A program made the translations under genes and the position numbers. DNA of 64,000 bases from Octopus sinensis (Eukaryota). The notes under the pieces were generated by a model. It was not told the origin of the DNA. It was given only the letters and a program-made list of their open reading frames with translations, and ran no database searches. The stretch is taken from contig NC_042999.1 of NCBI RefSeq assembly GCF_006345805.1, forward strand, positions 86,242,001 to 86,306,000, written 5' to 3'. This document shows positions 59,029-64,000 of this stretch, piece after piece (the stretch's first letter is position 1; each line of letters starts with the position of its first letter).

Positions 59029-60769
59029 CACTTCGTTTGACGTCGGTTGTGTTTTTTTCGGCTCCTGAAAATTCGGTAAAAAAGAACAAAAAGCGTTGTT
59101 GTTGTTGTGGAAATTCTGAACGGCGTTGACGCGGTTTCGCGTTTCGCTCGTTCAGCGCGTTAAACTTTTTTCTGTTTTGGCGGCCGTTTTCGGTCTGTCA
59201 GACAGAAGGAAATGGACTATGAGTCTCTAACAGACTTGTCCACGACAGATGAGGAACTGGAACGGGCAATTGCAGTGAAGCTGATGGAGGAAAAGGCTGG
59301 AGTTTTCGAGTCTTTATCAGACTCGCCTACGTCTGAGAGGAGCTAGAAATGGCAGCGAGGAATTTGGAAAAGAAGCTGAGTTATACTTATGCCGATGTAA
59401 CCAAGAAGGCGGAAGAGAAGGGGTCGACTTGGCCAAGCTACCAAGTTACCAGAAACACATGAAAAAGGAAAGCGGTGAGGTGGAACTATCACCGACACCC
59501 AGGAGAAAAGAATGGTATGATAAGAGGACCATTGTTTACAGGGTGTGCGCAAACGAAAGGAAGAGGGTAGAAGTTGTATCCATGGAATGGATAGAGGAAG
59601 CCCTGCGAAGAACTGAGGAGGAAATAAATTTTCTGACTCGAGGATCCAAGTACGGGACCGTAGTTGTGCACTTTAAAAGTGAATCTGCAGCGAGGAAGAT
59701 GGCAGCGAAGGCGGTGAAGTCGGAAAAGGTAACACTGTTACCTACGTATTTAAACAGGAGGATTACACGAATAAGGTGGAGGGAGTGCCACCAAACGTGG
59801 AGGCAGAATGGATTGTGGCGGCTGTGATCAGCGGCCACGAGGACGAAGTGGATATTCTCCATGCCTCGGTTAAGTCCGAGGGCTGGAGAGGCGTAACAGT
59901 GGAGCTGAACGTACAGGCAGAGACCGAGGTACTGGTGGACCTGACGGAAAGCATCAGACTGGGAGAAGTGATCATGAGAGTGTGGGTGGAGGGCAGGGCT
60001 CCACGTTGTTACAAGTGTGGCCTGAGGGGTCACATAAGAGCCTTCTGCCCTCCCCCAGGGAAAGAAATGGATCCCGAACCAGAGAGAGAGAAGCAGAAAC
60101 CAGAGGAGAAGGAAACAGAGGAAGAGAATACACAGAAATGGAAGGAAGCTGGAAGTAAGAGGAAGAGAAGAATACGTGGAAAAGAAAATAATATGGAACT
60201 CCAATCCACCCCAAAACCACCCACGCCCTCTGAGTCCCACCCTATCCATGCAGACATTGAACCCACCCGCTCCCCCCCAACAAGAAAACAAAAGAAAAAA
60301 AGAATACACACACACAAGAGATTGAAAACGATATCAGGATGTACATTTGTACTATGACTGAACAGAAAGAAGTTAAAAGTCTAATGGAAGAGTATAAATG
60401 GTATGATGTTGGTGAGACTAGGTATGCTGTGATTGAAAAGAAGAAGATAGGTGAGTTTATGGGAGTGTGAAAGGAGAATTGGGAGGTGAAAGATATAAGA
60501 ATGAGCGATGAATTCGTGGAAAACATGGATGAGTATTTCGGAGTAAGAATGGATATGGAATTTATTCGTATTGGCAAAGAACATTCAAGTGACTATGAAA
60601 AACAAAGGACAGGTAAGTGATGCTGACGGACGGGGCCGTTGGTATCGCTTTCATTTAATCATTTTTTCGTTTAACAATTCATGTTCATAAAGTTTAATTA
60701 TAATGTTATATGTCCCCATGTTTCTTAGTGTCCCTTTCTGTGTCGCCCCTAGTGGGTAATAAAGAAATA
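59029..60769 (+). mobile_element. ORF1-only retroposon family B, unit 1
   Basis: Starts CACTTCGTTTGACGTC, ATG at 59212, ends GCCCCTAGTGGGTAATAAAGAAATA. Nearly identical to units 2 and 3 (period 1752-1753 bp). Confidence 0.9.
59212..60620 (+). CDS. ORF1-like nucleic-acid-binding protein (acidic N-terminus, RRM-like region, CX2CX4HX4C knuckle, C-terminal extension), frameshifted in this sequence
   Basis: MDYESLTDLSTTDEELE...RTIVYRV...FLTRGSKYGTVVVHF...RIRVEGVPPNVEAEWI...GRAPRCYKCGLRGHIRAFCP. Most breaks are single-base losses in short homopolymers that differ between units. Confidence 0.8.
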
Positions 60770-60780
60770 AGAAACGTCAC

Positions 60781-62522
60781 CACTTCGTTTGACGTCGGTT
60801 GTGTTTTTTTCGGCTCCTGAAAATTCGGTAAAAAAGAACAAAAAGCGTGGTTGTTGTTGTGGAAATTCTGAACGGCGTTGACGCGGTTTCGCGTTTCGCT
60901 CGTTCAGCGCGTTAAACTTTTTTCTGTTTTGGCGGCCGTTTTCGGTCTGTCAGACAGAAGGAAATGGACTATGAGTCTCTAACAGACTTGTCCACGACAG
61001 ATGAGGAACTGGAACAGGCAATTGCAATGAAGCTGATGGAGGAAAAGGCTGGAGTTTTCGAGTCTTTATCAGACTCGCCTACGTCTGAGAAGGAGCTAGA
61101 AATGGCAGCAAGGAAATTGGAAAAGAAGCTGAGTTATACTTATGCCGGTGTAACCAAGAAGGCGGAAGAGAAAGGGGTCGACTTGGCCAAGCTACCAAGT
61201 TACCAGAAACACATGAAAAAGGAAAGCGGTGAGGTGGAACTATCACCGACACCCAGGAGAAAAGAATGGTATGATAAGAGGACCATTGTTTACAGGGTGT
61301 TCGCAAACGAAAGGAAGAGGGTAGAAGTTGTAACCATGGAATGGATAGAGGAAGCCCTGCGAAGAACTGAGGAGGAAATAAATTTTCTGACTCGAGGATC
61401 CAAGTATGGGACCGTAGTTGTGCATTTTAAAAGTGAATCTGCAGCGGAGAGATGGCGGCGAAGGCGGTGAAGTCGGAAAAGGTAACACTGTTACCTACGT
61501 ATTTAAACAGGAGGATTACACGAATAAGGGTGGAGGGAGTGCCACCAAACGTGGAGGCAGAATGGATTGTGGCGGCTGTGATCAGCGGCCACGAGGACGA
61601 AGTGGATATTCTCCATGCCTCGGTTAAGTCCGAGGGCTGGAGAGGCGTAACAGTGGAGCTGAACGTACAGGCAGAGACCGAGGTACTGGTGGACCTGACG
61701 GAAAGCATCAGACTGGGAGAAGTGATCATGAGAGTGTGGGTGGAGGGCAGGGCTCCACGTTGTTACAAGTGTGGCCTGAGGGGTCACATAAGAGCCTTCT
61801 GCCCTCCCCCAGGGAAAGAAATGGATCCCGAACCAGAGAGAGAGAAGCAGAAACCAGAGGAGAAGGAAACAGAGGAAGAGAATACACAGAAATGGAAGGA
61901 AGCTGGAAGTAAGAGGAAGAGAAGAATACGTGGAAAAGAAAATAATATGGAACTCCAATCCACCCCAAAACCACCCACGCCCTCTGAGTCCCACCCTATC
62001 CATGCAGACATTGAACCCACCCGCTCCCCCCCAACAAGAAAACAAAAGAAAAAAAGAATACACACACACAAGAGATTGAAATCGATATCAGGCCGTACAT
62101 TTGTACTATGACTGAACAGAAAGAAGTTAAAAGTCTAATGGAAGAGTAAATGGTATGATGTTGGTGAGACTAGGTATGCTGTGATTGAAAAGAAGAACAT
62201 AGGTGACTTTATGGTGATGTGTGAATGCGAGAATTGGGAGGTGAAAGATATAAGAATGAGCGATGAATTCGTGGAAAATATGGATGAGTATTTCGGAGTA
62301 AGAATGGATATGGAATTTGTTCGTATTGGCAAGGAACATTCAAGTGACTATGAAAAACAAAGGACAGGTAAGTGATGCTGACGGACGGGGCCGTTGGTAT
62401 CGCTTTCATTTAATCATTTTTTCGTTTAACAATTCATGTTCATAAAGTTTAATTATAATGTTATATCCCCATGTTTCTTAGTGTCCCTTTCTGTGTCGCC
62501 CCTAGTGGGTAATAAAGAAATA
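60781..62522 (+). mobile_element. ORF1-only retroposon family B, unit 2
   Basis: Same ends as unit 1. ORFs 60964-61470, 61452-62111 and the C-terminal frame ending at 62375 reconstruct one protein. Confidence 0.9.
60964..62375 (+). CDS. ORF1-like protein, unit 2 (frameshifted)
   Basis: Same motifs as unit 1; C-terminal ...DYEKQRTGK* ends at 62375. Confidence 0.8.
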
Positions 62523-62533
62523 AGAAACGTTAG

Positions 62534-64000
62534 CACTTCGTTTGACGTCGGTTGTGTTTTTTTCGGCTCCTGAAAATTCGGTAAAAAAGAACAAAAGCGG
62601 TGTTGTTGTTGTGGAAATTCTGAACGGCGTTGACGCGGTTTCGCGTTTCGCTCGTTCAGCGCGTTAAACTTTTTTCTGTTTTGGCGGCCGTTTTCGGTCT
62701 GTCAGACAGAAGGAAATGGACTATGAGTCTCTAACAGACTTGTCCACGACAGATGAGGAACTGGAACAGGCAATTGCAGTGAAGCTGATGGAGGAAAAGG
62801 CTGGAGTTTTCGAGTCTTTATCAGACTTGTCTGCGTCTGAGAAGGAGCTAGAAATGGCAGCAAGGAAATTGGAAAAGAGCTGAGTTATACTTATGCCGGT
62901 GTAACCAAGAAGGCGGAAGAGAAAGGGGTCGACTTGGCCAAGCTACCAAGTTACCAGAAACACATGAAAAAGGAAAGCGGTGAGGTGGAACTATCACCGA
63001 CACCCAGGAGAAAAGAATGGTATGATAAGAGACCATTGTTTACAGGGTGTGCGCAAACGAAAGGAAGAGGGTAGAAGTTGTATCCATGGAATGGATAGAG
63101 GAAGCCCTGCGAAGAACTGAGGAGGAAATAAATTTTCTGACTCGAGGATCCAAGTACGGGACCGTAGTTGTGCATTTTAAAAGTGAATCTGCAGCGAGGA
63201 AGATGGCGCGAAGGCGGTGAAGTCGGAAAAGGTAACACTGTTACCTACGTATTTAAACAGGAGGATTACACGAATAAGGGTGGAGGGAGTGCCACCAAAC
63301 GTGGAGGCAGAATGGATTGTGGCGGCTGTGATCAGCGGCCACGAGGACGAAGTGGATATTCTCCATGCCTCGGTTAAGTCCGAGGGCTGGAGAGGCGTAA
63401 CAGTGGAGCTGAACGTACAGGCAGAGACCGAGGTACTGGTGGACCTGACGGAAAGCATCAGACTGGGAGAAGTGATCATGAGAGTGTGGGTGGAGGGCAG
63501 GGCTCCACGTTGTTACAAGTGTGGCCTGAGGGGTCACATAAGAGCCTTCTGCCCTCCCCCAGGGAAGAAATGGATCCCGAACCAGAGAGAGAGAAGCAGA
63601 AACCAGAGGAGAAGGAAACAGAGGAAGAGAATACACAGAAATGGAAGGAAGCTGGAAGTAAGAGGAAGAGAAGAATACGTGGAAAAGAAAATAATATGGA
63701 ACTCCAATCCACCCCAAAACCACCCACGCCCTCTGAGTCCCACCCTATCCATGCAGACATTGAACCCACCCGCTCCCCCCCAAAGAAAACAAAAGAAAAA
63801 AAGAATACACACACACAAGAGATTGAAATCGATATCAGGCCGTACATTTGTACTATGACTAAACAGAAAGAAGTTAAAAGTCTAATGGAAGAGTATAAAT
63901 GGTATGATGTTGGTGAGACTAGGTATGCTGTGATTGAAAAGAAGAACATAGGTGACTTTATGGTGATGTGTGAATGCGAGAATTGGGAGGTGAAAGATAT
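62534..64000 (+). mobile_element. ORF1-only retroposon family B, unit 3 (runs off the window)
   Basis: Preceded by the exact SINE-head sequence AGAAACGTTAG(CAC). ATG at 62716; knuckle CYKCGLRGHIRAFC at ~63511-63552. Confidence 0.9.

Noticed and set aside
60268-60305. Programmed -1 frameshift at C7/A-rich runs into the C-terminal domain
   Set aside because: Unit 3 carries an allele that reads through without slippage, so an indel in units 1 and 2 is the simpler explanation.
59536-63949. Minus-strand hydrophobic ORFs in the tandem units
   Set aside because: Antisense to the Glu/Lys-rich ORF1; the Phe/Leu/Ser bias is explained by the complementary codons.

Overview
AT-rich, microsatellite-dense eukaryotic DNA. 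The repeat families suggest an octopus or other cephalopod genome (inference). The only likely host coding sequence is a short minus-strand first exon at 46670-46788 (signal peptide ending in ...TGMW-W, then GTAAGT), which looks like exon 1 of a Wnt gene (Wnt6-like). No second exon was recognised, so most of the window may be one very long intron. The rest is mobile DNA: two abundant tRNA-derived SINE families, a non-autonomous Helitron, mariner and other MITEs, R4/Dong endonuclease fragments nested in (TAA)n, RTE 3' ends with C2H2 fingers, and Penelope-like remnants with degenerate hammerhead cores. The most striking signal is a family of RT-less retroposons encoding only an ORF1 (RRM-like region plus CCHC knuckle), each sitting inside the 5' tRNA-like head of a SINE. 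One is a decayed single copy (3943-5908) in SINE family 2. The other is a young head-to-tail array of at least 3 units of about 1.75 kb (59029 to the window end) in SINE family 1; its units are separated by the SINE's own target sequence and end in the same 3' stem-loop tail as a mobile, self-multimerising subfamily of that SINE.
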